IMG/VR virus record: IMGVR_UViG_3300048579_000065
Strand: one strand, 5' to 3'
Source of the DNA: a virus
DNA: 25,956 nucleotides
Shown here piece after piece: positions 1 through 8,128 of the stretch. A program made the translations under genes and the position numbers. Numbering within the stretch: position 1 is the first letter of the stretch; each line of letters starts with the position of its first letter. The notes beneath the pieces were generated by a model. It was not told the DNA's origin, did not search any database, and saw only the letters and a program-made list of their open reading frames with translations.

Positions 1-53
1 ACAATGTTGAAATTACGCCAACCAATTAAATATACAGGCAAGGGATTAGACAT
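1..53 (-). CDS. Partial CDS running off the window edge (MSNPLPVYLIGWRNFNI...)
   Basis: ATG at 53 overlaps the end of the upstream gene, preceded by GAGG/GTGG; frame open to position 1. Confidence 0.5.
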   Translation of the reverse strand, partial: MSNPLPVYLIGWRNFNI

Positions 54-342
54 TCACCACTTCCTCATCAACAGTTATTATCCTATGTATTAGCCTGAAG
101 GTATGTTCTTTGTTTTCAGGATCTAATCTTACTGCTACCAAGGCTTTGGCAGCCTTTTCAACATTAGTAAATCCTGACTTAGATCCATCAAACTGCTTAT
201 AACCACTACACTTAGTAGCTTTTGAGGCTATACTACCATAATTGCTATCAACAAACTCACGAGTTTTAGACTTCCATTGGTGTTGGATAGTATAGTAATC
301 TAGTATTGTTACATGGTGGCTAGTTTCTATAGTTTTAGACAT
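46..342 (-). CDS. Hypothetical protein (98 aa)
   Basis: ORF track 46..372; ATG at 342 (MSKTIETS) lies just after the methyltransferase stop with GGAG upstream, so it is the preferred start. Confidence 0.7.
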   Translation of the reverse strand: MSKTIETSHHVTILDYYTIQHQWKSKTREFVDSNYGSIASKATKCSGYKQFDGSKSGFTNVEKAAKALVAVRLDPENKEHTFRLIHRIITVDEEVVNV

Positions 343-343
343 C

Positions 344-1006
344 TTACTTCTCCAAACACAGTAGCCCCTCAAACTCTAAATAGCCTGCCTTTATAGTATA
401 CTTCTTTATTCCCAGCTCGGCTGCTAGATTAACCATTTCATTAGAATCTAGGAAGAAAAGATTATCTCTTTGCTTAGCAGGGCTGAGACTATGACTATTC
501 ATAAAGTTAACAATAAGACAAATATTAGTATGTTTAAGTAACATTTCTAGTGTAGGCTTAACTACTTCATAAAGCCACTCATACTTGGAAGTCTCACCTT
601 TCTCAGTAAAGGTTCCATTGACCACAATAAATTCATAGCTTTCATCCTTATCTAGTTCCTGTCCTACAGGAAGGTGGAAGAATAGATCATCATAATGTCT
701 TAGCCCCGCTTCCTTTACCATCTCTAGACTAGCATCACAGCCTCTGTATTGTTCATCATCCCAGCCCCTTTCACCAAAGGAATTAAACAAACTAGCACAG
801 CCCATCCCAAAATCAAGAACTGTAGCGCCTTTATCCATTTCACTTTGATAAGTGGAAAGGATATTACAGATAGTATTGTTTCTAGTCTTAACCTGTTCTA
901 AATTTTTCCAATCTACTTCAAGGGCTTCATTGCCTCTATGCTTTTCTAGACAGGAAGTATAATGATCTACTATTTCTTGAGCAGCAAACTTATTTATTCT
1001 AAGCAT
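344..1006 (-). CDS. Class I SAM-dependent methyltransferase, sugar-locus type
   Basis: Motif I VLDFGMG, motif II YRGCDAS, YEFIVVNGTFTEK; N-terminal HY..CL.KH...VDW and C-terminal NFM...RDNLF resemble the family in bacterial O-antigen/glycosylation loci. Confidence 0.9.
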   Translation of the reverse strand: MLRINKFAAQEIVDHYTSCLEKHRGNEALEVDWKNLEQVKTRNNTICNILSTYQSEMDKGATVLDFGMGCASLFNSFGERGWDDEQYRGCDASLEMVKEAGLRHYDDLFFHLPVGQELDKDESYEFIVVNGTFTEKGETSKYEWLYEVVKPTLEMLLKHTNICLIVNFMNSHSLSPAKQRDNLFFLDSNEMVNLAAELGIKKYTIKAGYLEFEGLLCLEK

Positions 1007-1178
1007 CCTTCAAGACCTCAATTAGCCAATCTCTTAGCTCTTTAGCCTCATGAACTGTTAGTACCTCATCTTCAAGCCTTTGGCCTGTAACTCTGTCACA
1101 TATAAAGACATCAAAATGACCTTGTTCTCTTTTATGTATTGAAAATTTTGTCACACCTTCGCTAGTTAGAAATTCCAT
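999..1178 (-). CDS. Hypothetical protein (59 aa)
   Basis: ORF track 999..1211; ATG at 1178 (MEFLTSEG) has a GGAG SD; overlaps both neighbours. Confidence 0.65.
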   Translation of the reverse strand: MEFLTSEGVTKFSIHKREQGHFDVFICDRVTGQRLEDEVLTVHEAKELRDWLIEVLKDA

Positions 1179-1950
1179 AAATCTTCTCCATTTCAGCAGG
1201 GCTAGGTTCATACTTGTTGAAACTTGTATTAGGACTGTAAGTATAAGGATGGTAATAGTCTCGGCCTAGCCAATTCTCACACTCTACATCACTATACCTA
1301 TAACTTACACTCCACCTTATTTGGTCTTCAGTAGTGTTGGTGCCGGATTTGTGGACCAAATTTGTACTAAATAATACCAAATCTCCTGGCTCCATGTCAA
1401 GAGCTGTGAAGTCATTTCCAGGCTGAGTAGCTTCTACAGCAAAATTAGATACTATACTTGTTGTCTTAGTTTCAGTACAATGACTGCCTGGCAAGACTTT
1501 TAAGCTTCCTACAGGTTTGGTTTTAACAAGAGGGAACCAAGCCACGGTGCTCGACAACGAGCCTTGAGTTGAGCCAAAATCTCTATGAACAGGAGTTTTC
1601 CATACAGCATCTTTCTTGGCCAGATTCTTATTATGAAAGAACAGTACAGGCTTAGTATTTAGCACAGGAAACTTTATATTAAAGTCTCTCTCTACAAGAT
1701 TCATAATCATTTCATCAAATTGAAACTTATGTAAGGCTGGAAGATTCTGTATTATCTTTCCACAATTTTGTACTACTTGTGGATAAGTCTTAAATAAGGT
1801 AATTAAGTTTTGCTCAAAATTACCACCTTTAATGTTGTAGTGTTTAATTTGCTTATTGAAGATGTATATAGCATCTGCCTTAATCTCAGCTAGTTTCTGA
1901 GTATTTAACACCTGTCTATAGACTCTGTAGCCAAGTTTCTTGTGATCCAT
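1162..1950 (-). CDS. PhyH-family 2-oxoglutarate/Fe(II) dioxygenase
   Basis: Facial triad VHRD...LVHKSG, AWFPL, GSLKVLPGSH, MEPGDLVLFS, C-terminal RWSVSYRY. Confidence 0.92.
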   Translation of the reverse strand: MDHKKLGYRVYRQVLNTQKLAEIKADAIYIFNKQIKHYNIKGGNFEQNLITLFKTYPQVVQNCGKIIQNLPALHKFQFDEMIMNLVERDFNIKFPVLNTKPVLFFHNKNLAKKDAVWKTPVHRDFGSTQGSLSSTVAWFPLVKTKPVGSLKVLPGSHCTETKTTSIVSNFAVEATQPGNDFTALDMEPGDLVLFSTNLVHKSGTNTTEDQIRWSVSYRYSDVECENWLGRDYYHPYTYSPNTSFNKYEPSPAEMEKIYGISN

Positions 1951-2093
1951 TACTTAACTATCTCCTCAATAATGTAACACTCATCATCACAATTGTATTC
2001 AAGGTGTTTTGGTAGTAGTTTGCTAGCATACCTATCATTAGGACTTGACAGACTATTAACCTTTCCATGCTGTAATAAGACATCAATTGTCAT
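1950..2093 (-). CDS. Small hypothetical protein (47 aa, MTIDVLLQHGK...IEEIVK), not in ORF track
   Basis: Fills the gap exactly; its TAA overlaps the PhyH ATG (TAATG); contains the PhyH SD (GAGGAG). Confidence 0.6.
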   Translation of the reverse strand: MTIDVLLQHGKVNSLSSPNDRYASKLLPKHLEYNCDDECYIIEEIVK

Positions 2094-2337
2094 CTTTCTT
2101 AGCCAAATCTATTACTATTCTTCTAGTTTCAGGGTTTCCCTTAAACCAAGAGCTGTCATACATTTCAGACACATTATCAACTCTATATTTTTTAAAGGTT
2201 GAGAAGCTGTGCAGGAAGTGTTCCAATTTATCATTAAATTCCTGATTTTCTTTATTTTTCTTCTCTAATCTTTCAGCATCTCTCCTATCCAACTCAGCTT
2301 TAAGTTGCTCATCTGTTGCTTCTTTAATATCAATCAT
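2083..2337 (-). CDS. Hypothetical protein (84 aa)
   Basis: ORF with GAGG SD; ATDEQLKAELDRR helix common in small phage proteins. Confidence 0.75.
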   Translation of the reverse strand: MIDIKEATDEQLKAELDRRDAERLEKKNKENQEFNDKLEHFLHSFSTFKKYRVDNVSEMYDSSWFKGNPETRRIVIDLAKKDDN

Positions 2338-3142
2338 ATATAACCTCAGCTATTTGTATGTTGCCCCTAAGACTCTCATCATTATTGTACAAGCAGTACA
2401 CTTTGTCATCATTTGTAAGTTGAAAAGGGTAAGGATAAGCCACGATGCTATCCTCACATTCTAGCACGGTTGGTAGCCACTGATCATGATATTTTGTTAA
2501 TACCATACCTTTATAGTTCCTTTTACCAAACTCTCTGAAGCAGCAAAAAATACTATCTTTGAAAGGTACGGGCCTAGCATAACAGAAGCCCCCACTAATA
2601 ACATCCTTAAAGTTTCTAAGAACATACCTTTCTTTACCAGTAGTGTCAAAGTATATACCACATTGTCTTATAGAATATAAAGCCTCTTTGTTTTTCCAAG
2701 CCTGGAAACTCATGTAATAGAGAGTATTTTTTTGTATTGTAGGCATTGAGCATCCAATATCATTGTCATCTCTTTCTAGCAAAACATTTATCTTATTAGT
2801 CCCAAGATCCATGTAGCACATACAGCTCTTAGAACTTGACTCATTATCTCCACCTAGATTCCAGCCGGTGAAGAACATTTCCTTACCTGAAACAAAACTA
2901 GGCATAGTGCCTTGTGACCAAGCTGTTCCAGGCTTACCAGTAAAATCTAGTATATTAGAGCCAGTCACATCTATTGAAAAATCATGCACTATTTTCCCCA
3001 AAAACCACATTACTGTTCGGTTTTGAGAATCCCGAGTTGAACACCATACTCTACCATCCTCAGTAACTAAGGGGGCTTGAGTTCCTGAATAGTGTTGACC
3101 ATGTAGGTTAACTTTAATTTCATGTATTTTCTTAAGTCTCAC
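2330..3142 (-). CDS. Five-bladed beta-propeller glycosidase-like protein (GH32/43/130-like fold), sugar-locus family
   Basis: TQAP, STRD, GKPGTAWSQGTMPS, MFFTGWN, SMP, YYMS, YARP, FCCFR, VAYPY, LYN repeats; GTG at 3142 has a GGAG SD (ORF track start 3163). Confidence 0.7.
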   Translation of the reverse strand: MRLKKIHEIKVNLHGQHYSGTQAPLVTEDGRVWCSTRDSQNRTVMWFLGKIVHDFSIDVTGSNILDFTGKPGTAWSQGTMPSFVSGKEMFFTGWNLGGDNESSSKSCMCYMDLGTNKINVLLERDDNDIGCSMPTIQKNTLYYMSFQAWKNKEALYSIRQCGIYFDTTGKERYVLRNFKDVISGGFCYARPVPFKDSIFCCFREFGKRNYKGMVLTKYHDQWLPTVLECEDSIVAYPYPFQLTNDDKVYCLYNNDESLRGNIQIAEVIYD

Positions 3143-3290
3143 GTTCTTTCTCCATAGCTTCAATCTCTTCTACTATACAAAACGAGCACATGTGTCCTGA
3201 GATACAAAACTTATGTACCATTCTGTTACAGCCCAAACACATCTCTTTATTTGTCTCTAAGAAGAATAAAGACTTAAACCACTTCCACAT
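3132..3290 (-). CDS. Small Cys/His-rich zinc-finger protein (52 aa)
   Basis: ATG at 3290 with GGAG SD; CLGC..HKFC..HMCSFC. Confidence 0.65.
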   Translation of the reverse strand: MWKWFKSLFFLETNKEMCLGCNRMVHKFCISGHMCSFCIVEEIEAMEKERET

Positions 3291-3714
3291 TGTTTCTCCA
3301 CTTTCCAAATAGCTCTGGATACTTGTCTTTCCAAGACTGGTTAAGACTAGGATCACCTTGTAAGATTCTATAGTCTAAAAGATAATCATCATGGTAAAAA
3401 AGATCAATCTTATTTATAAGATCTTGATTTCTTTCCATAGCTTTTGGGCTAGGCTCAAAGGTTATAAACTTGTAATCCTTATAACCTTCTATAAATACTG
3501 AGTCATCAGCCCAGCCAAGATTATCAGTCATAAGATCACCTGTTTCTTTATTTATTCTTAGGTAATCTGTACTGTAATGCTCTGTTACATCATGTCCTTC
3601 ATGATCTTTGGCTGGAAATCTAGCAATCCTGTACTCTTTTGTTCTTCCACCACCATATCCAAGATAATACTCTACTTTACAAGTTTTACAAGCTATGTTA
3701 GAATCACTACCCAC
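3274..3714 (-). CDS. Hypothetical protein, possible Zn binding
   Basis: 146-aa ORF; CKTC...HEGH. Confidence 0.75.
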   Translation of the reverse strand: MGSDSNIACKTCKVEYYLGYGGGRTKEYRIARFPAKDHEGHDVTEHYSTDYLRINKETGDLMTDNLGWADDSVFIEGYKDYKFITFEPSPKAMERNQDLINKIDLFYHDDYLLDYRILQGDPSLNQSWKDKYPELFGKWRNNVEVV

Positions 3715-3910
3715 CTACTCTTTCCTCCAAAATACTTAATCTTTGTTCTAACTCTCTTAATCTGGTATTTAATGACTTCTTTACTTTAGCCGGACACTGT
3801 ACACACCACCAGGAAGGAAATCTTCCTGGATTCTTGTCTCCACAAACAGTACAATGTAAGTCTTTACCATCTCCTTCTGGAGTGTGTCTCTCATAATCTT
3901 CATTAAACAT
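3707..3910 (-). CDS. Small zinc-ribbon/coiled-coil protein
   Basis: CTVC...CVQC then RLRELEQRLSILE; AGGAG SD upstream. Confidence 0.7.
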   Translation of the reverse strand: MFNEDYERHTPEGDGKDLHCTVCGDKNPGRFPSWWCVQCPAKVKKSLNTRLRELEQRLSILEERVGG

Positions 3911-3943
3911 TAGATTTCATTACTCCTTTTTATGTTAGAATCA

Positions 3944-4261
3944 CTACCCATCTGCTCCCTCCTTCCAAATATCAAACTTGGAACCACACCAAGGACAGTG
4001 GTTAATAAATAAGCCGTTATCTTTAGGCTTCTCCCTATACATTATGCCAGCCACAAAATGGTCACGGCATCCTTGTTTCATTGCTTCAGGTGACATATCT
4101 GTTAGCACACAAACGACAAATCCTCTACCATGATTAGCTTCTGGAGATAAGTGAAAATCCATTGCTGGACACCAATTTGCTTTAGTTTTATTTTTACTAA
4201 TCCATTCAAGAGAGCAAGGCTTATACTCTTCACCTTCTTTAATACCTTTATAATCAGCCAT
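3944..4261 (-). CDS. Hypothetical protein with C-terminal CPWCG zinc knuckle
   Basis: WCPAM...INHCPWCG; TAATG coupling to the upstream gene. Confidence 0.8.
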   Translation of the reverse strand: MADYKGIKEGEEYKPCSLEWISKNKTKANWCPAMDFHLSPEANHGRGFVVCVLTDMSPEAMKQGCRDHFVAGIMYREKPKDNGLFINHCPWCGSKFDIWKEGADG

Positions 4262-5022
4262 TAAATCTCATCACTCCTTTTATGGTACTTATTGTTTACC
4301 CCAGCTAGATAAACCTCATAAGGTTTAGTTGATTTAGTTATTACAGCGCCCATTCCGATCACATTGTTTGGGGCTATTTCTACACCATCCTTAATAGAGG
4401 TATTAATACCTAAGAAACTATTGTGGCCAATCTTACAGCCTCCCGAGATTACTGTACCAGTAGAGATAAAGCAAAAGTCTTCTAGCTCTGATCCATGCCC
4501 AAGATGCACATTACTCCACAATATACAGGATTTACCCATCTTAGCACGAGTCTGTACTCTAGAATGCTCAAGTATTATTGATCCTATCCCAACCTCAGAA
4601 CCATGAGCCATATAAGCTAAGTCATGTATAAAGGTCATTATAGCTATATCATTGTTAAAACAATCATTGAAAATCTTCTCTCTAAGTGAGTTACACTTAT
4701 TGTAGCCTATTGGTAAGAATATGCCCATAGGTTTAGGAAAAGCGTCCATAGATTCAGCAACCCATTGAGTTTTAATGTGGTCCCATGGCTGAACCTTTAC
4801 ATAATCAGCATTGACAGTTAGACCTTTATACCTATCCATAAACCAACGTTTAATAATAGATTCACCTGGATAAGTCACAATATACCCTTTACCTTCATCT
4901 TTGCTTGTAGTCCAGTTTACCTGCCTATCTCCTAAAACATAAGCTTTATAAGAGTCATGCCTAAGATAGTTGTAGAAGTCTTGGGCTAAAATACCATTAC
5001 CAAAAATGGTGAAATCAATCAT
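4261..5022 (-). CDS. Hexapeptide-repeat sugar acetyltransferase (NeuD/PglD-like)
   Basis: IFGNG N-terminal motif; PIGYNKCNSLREK; left-handed beta-helix repeats ILWSNVHLGHGS, ISGGCKIGHNSFLGINTSI, IGMGAVITK. Confidence 0.92.
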   Translation of the reverse strand: MIDFTIFGNGILAQDFYNYLRHDSYKAYVLGDRQVNWTTSKDEGKGYIVTYPGESIIKRWFMDRYKGLTVNADYVKVQPWDHIKTQWVAESMDAFPKPMGIFLPIGYNKCNSLREKIFNDCFNNDIAIMTFIHDLAYMAHGSEVGIGSIILEHSRVQTRAKMGKSCILWSNVHLGHGSELEDFCFISTGTVISGGCKIGHNSFLGINTSIKDGVEIAPNNVIGMGAVITKSTKPYEVYLAGVNNKYHKRSDEI

Positions 5023-5024
5023 AA

Positions 5025-5924
5025 TTAACCTCTGTAAGCTGGAAACATTGTAGTAGTCTTGTTTTTAGACAATTCTTCATATGTGCTAGGCTGGTGAATT
5101 ATCTTATATATGTAATTATTCAAATTCATGTTAGCAAAACCGTGCTTAAATCTTCTTAAACCTTCTCCACTAGCTCCATCTGGTACTGAACCAATCTCTA
5201 GTCTGTCTAGCCCCAAGGCTTTGAAGAACTTAATAGCTGTAAACATTGTGTCAAAATTTGCTTGAAGCTTATAGAAGTCCTCAGAATAAGGAAATGATGC
5301 ATGATAGTATATTGAGGAACCTTGTATATAAAAGAGGGCTAAACCTAAAAGGCTGTCTTCACGATCATACTCATCAGAGTTCTGCATAGTATTAAATAAG
5401 ACTGCTCCAGGGACTTTTAATACAAGATCCCATATCTGTTCCTTGCTATAGTGTGTCCAAGCATCAGGAGATATATTATGCCTTTTAATTAAGTTCTTAT
5501 AGCCTACACAAGCATATTTTGCATAACCTTCAGGATTTGCTACAACCTCAGTGTAAATATGATTCTTATCACACTTCTTAATGTTTCTTTTATGGTTCTC
5601 AGGAAGTTTACTTTCATCAAACTTTGCTAAATCAACCACAGCATGTTCTTTATACACTTCCTGATGTTTTAAGTAACCATTATGTGCTAGACAAAATCTA
5701 GCCAAATTAAAATGATCTCCCAGTGGATCAGTTATTAAGGTAGTTGTTATTTCATTAGAATGCTCATGAAGTATGTGCTCAGAAAAAAATGGATAGACTG
5801 AAATCCTGTCTACATAAGATGTTTCAGGTATTTGTCTATGTACAAAACCATTCTTAATCTCACCATGTTTGGCATAAACATTCTGATATTCTTGGCTAGC
5901 ATATCCTTGGGTTACCATTTCCAC
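5025..5924 (-). CDS. GNAT/FemAB-like N-acyltransferase
   Basis: LITDPLG, YKEHAVVDL, HKRNIKK, IYYHAS, LEIG...GEGLRRFKHGF (FemABX-type GLxxFK motif). Confidence 0.85.
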   Translation of the reverse strand: MEMVTQGYASQEYQNVYAKHGEIKNGFVHRQIPETSYVDRISVYPFFSEHILHEHSNEITTTLITDPLGDHFNLARFCLAHNGYLKHQEVYKEHAVVDLAKFDESKLPENHKRNIKKCDKNHIYTEVVANPEGYAKYACVGYKNLIKRHNISPDAWTHYSKEQIWDLVLKVPGAVLFNTMQNSDEYDREDSLLGLALFYIQGSSIYYHASFPYSEDFYKLQANFDTMFTAIKFFKALGLDRLEIGSVPDGASGEGLRRFKHGFANMNLNNYIYKIIHQPSTYEELSKNKTTTMFPAYRG

Positions 5925-6076
5925 CTACACTTTATAATAACTGTCTTACCATCTTTAGTCTTAATTATGATTGGATCTGAACATGGTAGCCGCCTGACTT
6001 GATCCTTAAGTTCCTGTACAGTGTACATTTTAGGCACTGGTAAAGGTTCAGGTGGGGCTATAAGTATATTGAACAC
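5912..6076 (-). CDS. Small hypothetical protein (54 aa, MFNILIAPPEPLPVPKMYTVQELK...CRWKW), not in ORF track
   Basis: Frame open from GTG 6076 (alternative ATG at MYTV) to TAA 5912; bridges the gap and overlaps both neighbours. Confidence 0.5.
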   Translation of the reverse strand: MFNILIAPPEPLPVPKMYTVQELKDQVRRLPCSDPIIIKTKDGKTVIIKCRWKW

Positions 6077-6347
6077 TTGATTTCATCCCTGCTTTTAACA
6101 CTTGCATTATGTCATAATGATCACCTTTAGTCAATAGATCAAATAAGAAATTATCAATTAAAAACTTCCTAACAGCATAGGATATATCAAGTTCTGGATT
6201 ATTCATCATCATAGTGTAGCACCTATCTACAAGAGGCAGAAGGTACTTAAACTCAATGTGTTGATTATATCCTGCTAGTTCAAATAATATCTTATACTTC
6301 AGGCCATTAAGTTCCAACATTTGCTCATCTGGCAAGTTTATTTGCAT
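6048..6347 (-). CDS. Hypothetical protein (99 aa), first gene of the accessory operon
   Basis: ORF with AGGAG SD directly downstream of a sigma70 promoter. Confidence 0.8.
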   Translation of the reverse strand: MQINLPDEQMLELNGLKYKILFELAGYNQHIEFKYLLPLVDRCYTMMMNNPELDISYAVRKFLIDNFLFDLLTKGDHYDIMQVLKAGMKSSVQYTYSPT

Positions 6348-6353
6348 AATAAA

Positions 6354-6382
6354 AGACTCCTACCATTTATAGATAAGAGTCT
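6354..6382 (-). promoter_or_regulatory. SD-sequestering hairpin / possible intrinsic terminator
   Basis: AGACUCUUAUC-uauaaau-GGUAGGAGUCU, an 11-bp stem with 2 G.U, followed by UUUAUU and AUG. Confidence 0.7.
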
Positions 6383-6406
6383 AGCACGATTTTGGCTAAG
6401 AGTCAA
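6378..6406 (-). promoter_or_regulatory. sigma70-type promoter
   Basis: TTGACT (6406-6401), 17-bp spacer, TGc-TAGACT (-10 at 6383-6378 with extended TG). Confidence 0.8.
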
Positions 6407-6409
6407 GTA

Positions 6410-6979
6410 TTATTTTACAACATCTATCACTTTCTTTGTTGTAATTGGCTGCCTAGACTTATCTGGCTTAGGATCTCTGACTAGCTGAGAGTCATCTTCA
6501 TCATCATTATCAGCAACCTCATCAAGGCTAAGGCTATGAACAATGTCCTGATAAGCCCCGCCTACAATCCTATTGGATTTAGCATCTCTAACAGGTGGAT
6601 TCTTACGTTCTAGCTGATCCTTAACAATCTTAGCATCCTTCTTTCGGTGGCTAGGAACTTCAATGAAGTAGTAGCCTGGAATAGGTGATTCCTCAGTCTT
6701 ATAGACAAGTACACCTTCTGCATACTCTCTATCATCAAAGGCTGCATCAGGATTCTTATAGAGCATATTTAAGGTATGGTAGTTATTAGCACTTCTGTTA
6801 ATACCTTGCCTAGAATCCTCTGGAAACATCTCTTGTAGACTCTTTCCAGCTTTGTCTCCTAGATGTCGCTTGCTAGCCTCATGAAGCTTACCAAAGTCAA
6901 CATCATTCTTCGGCTGAATGAACTCCCATGTGCTTGGAGTATAGAAGGTAAAGCATTGTTTCTTATGTGAAGGTGCCAT
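6410..6979 (-). CDS. Hypothetical protein (189 aa), probably late-expressed
   Basis: ORF with AAGGA SD and upstream AGATAGAAT motif. Confidence 0.85.
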   Translation of the reverse strand: MAPSHKKQCFTFYTPSTWEFIQPKNDVDFGKLHEASKRHLGDKAGKSLQEMFPEDSRQGINRSANNYHTLNMLYKNPDAAFDDREYAEGVLVYKTEESPIPGYYFIEVPSHRKKDAKIVKDQLERKNPPVRDAKSNRIVGGAYQDIVHSLSLDEVADNDDEDDSQLVRDPKPDKSRQPITTKKVIDVVK

Positions 6980-7012
6980 AGATATTAAATTCCTTTGAAG
7001 GTTAACAAAGAA

Positions 7013-7021
7013 ATTCTATCT
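7013..7021 (-). promoter_or_regulatory. Putative late promoter motif AGATAGAAT
   Basis: Matches the RGATARAMT motif found upstream of head genes; 33 nt before the ATG. Confidence 0.55.
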
Positions 7022-7055
7022 TATAAATAAGATTGCAAAGTTATTTAGCAAATAT

Positions 7056-7352
7056 CTAAGTCTTTTGAAGGTTATTCTGTAACAATTGTAATCCCTTTTC
7101 AAAACTCTCATCTGCTCTATCAAGAAGAATATCTACAATGTCTTTTCCATATACTCCCACCCCATCCCTTACCACTAATCTAAGCTTTGCAAAATCACTT
7201 TTATTCATATGACCTAAATAAGGAAGACCACCATTACATACAGAGGCAATAATAGAATCCCCTTGAACACGCACTATGAAAAAGCTAACTTGTCTATAAG
7301 TACCATACTTATGCCAAACATCTCCAACCTTTACTGTGAGAGGATCTAGGTG
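7056..7352 (-). pseudogene. 5'-truncated hypothetical gene (HLDPLTVKVGDVWHKYG...LQKT)
   Basis: Frame is open 26 codons upstream of GTG 7274, to an in-frame TAA at 7355-7353, with protein-like sequence but no start codon or SD. Confidence 0.5.
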
Positions 7353-7773
7353 TTATGAGCTGACGTTGTTTAGAGAAGAACCTATAATCAAAGCCTGCTA
7401 AGGCTACATTCTCATACCTATCTACAAAATCCTCAGCACATTTGAAGATAGTTCCATCAGCAACAGGTATTTTAGTATTCCTGTTAAGTCTTACAAATCC
7501 ATCAAGATTATCATCTAATATCCAGTGCCTATCATAACCATTGTCTATAGAGTGTTGCCACACAAAATTCCTGGCTGGAATTGATCCTTGACCTAGATTA
7601 CTGAATGGTAAAACAAGAATCTTATCTTTATCTATATGTTGAGCATAGAGATCATACTCTTGAGGTTCCACGGCTATAAGGTAAGGTACATTAAGCTTCT
7701 CTAATGCTTTAGATGTGAGTCTTGTATCATGCCTGCCTTTAGAGATAATATAAACAGGATAATTAGGATTCAA
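7309..7773 (-). pseudogene. TET-associated glycosyltransferase (TAGT/GREB1-related), C-terminally truncated
   Basis: YPVYIISKGR, AVEPQEY..Y, VLPFSNLGQGSIPARNFVW, HWILDDN, CAEDFVDRYENVALAG; similarity stops at RQLITP and the expected NTRIYSC/RYNEDTDL/KGGN half is absent. Confidence 0.75.
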
Positions 7774-8128
7774 TGCTAGTGTACCTGTAGTCAGAAGGTT
7801 TAATTAAGTCTTGTTTTGGATACCAGACACTTTTAGTCTTATCAGTAACTTTTTGATTAATTAAGTTTGAGAAATCTTTAACATCATCAAATGATAGGAA
7901 GTTAATTTTAAGGCTCTTTACAGGCTCAAGATCTTCCTGTACAAATTCAGGCATACCTTGCCAAGCTTCCTCAAAGAAGTCAGCGCTAGACTTTCCTTGA
8001 ACCATTTTGGCTGAATGCTTCCACCTATCTCTAGCCTTAAGTTCCTTTATAAGGAGTTGAGAGACAGGACTAGACTGATCATCAAGACCACCATTATCTA
8101 TAAATTCTTGTAGTTCTTCTAAGAGCAT
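7763..8128 (-). CDS. Small conserved partner of TAGT glycosyltransferases
   Basis: C-terminal WQGMPEF.QED...F...DV.DF..LI.Q..TDKTKSVWYP motif, typically found directly upstream of phage TAGT genes. Confidence 0.7.
   Translation of the reverse strand: MLLEELQEFIDNGGLDDQSSPVSQLLIKELKARDRWKHSAKMVQGKSSADFFEEAWQGMPEFVQEDLEPVKSLKINFLSFDDVKDFSNLINQKVTDKTKSVWYPKQDLIKPSDYRYTSIES

Noticed and set aside
1162-1950. Dioxygenase as the TET/JBP partner of TAGT
   Set aside because: Motifs (AWFPL, GSLKVLPGSH, PGDLVLFS) are PhyH-type rather than TET/JBP
7056-7360. Programmed frameshift or intron rescuing the TAGT C-terminus
   Set aside because: Neither alternative frame nor the downstream sequence encodes the expected C-terminal motifs; no slippery site or intron structure seen
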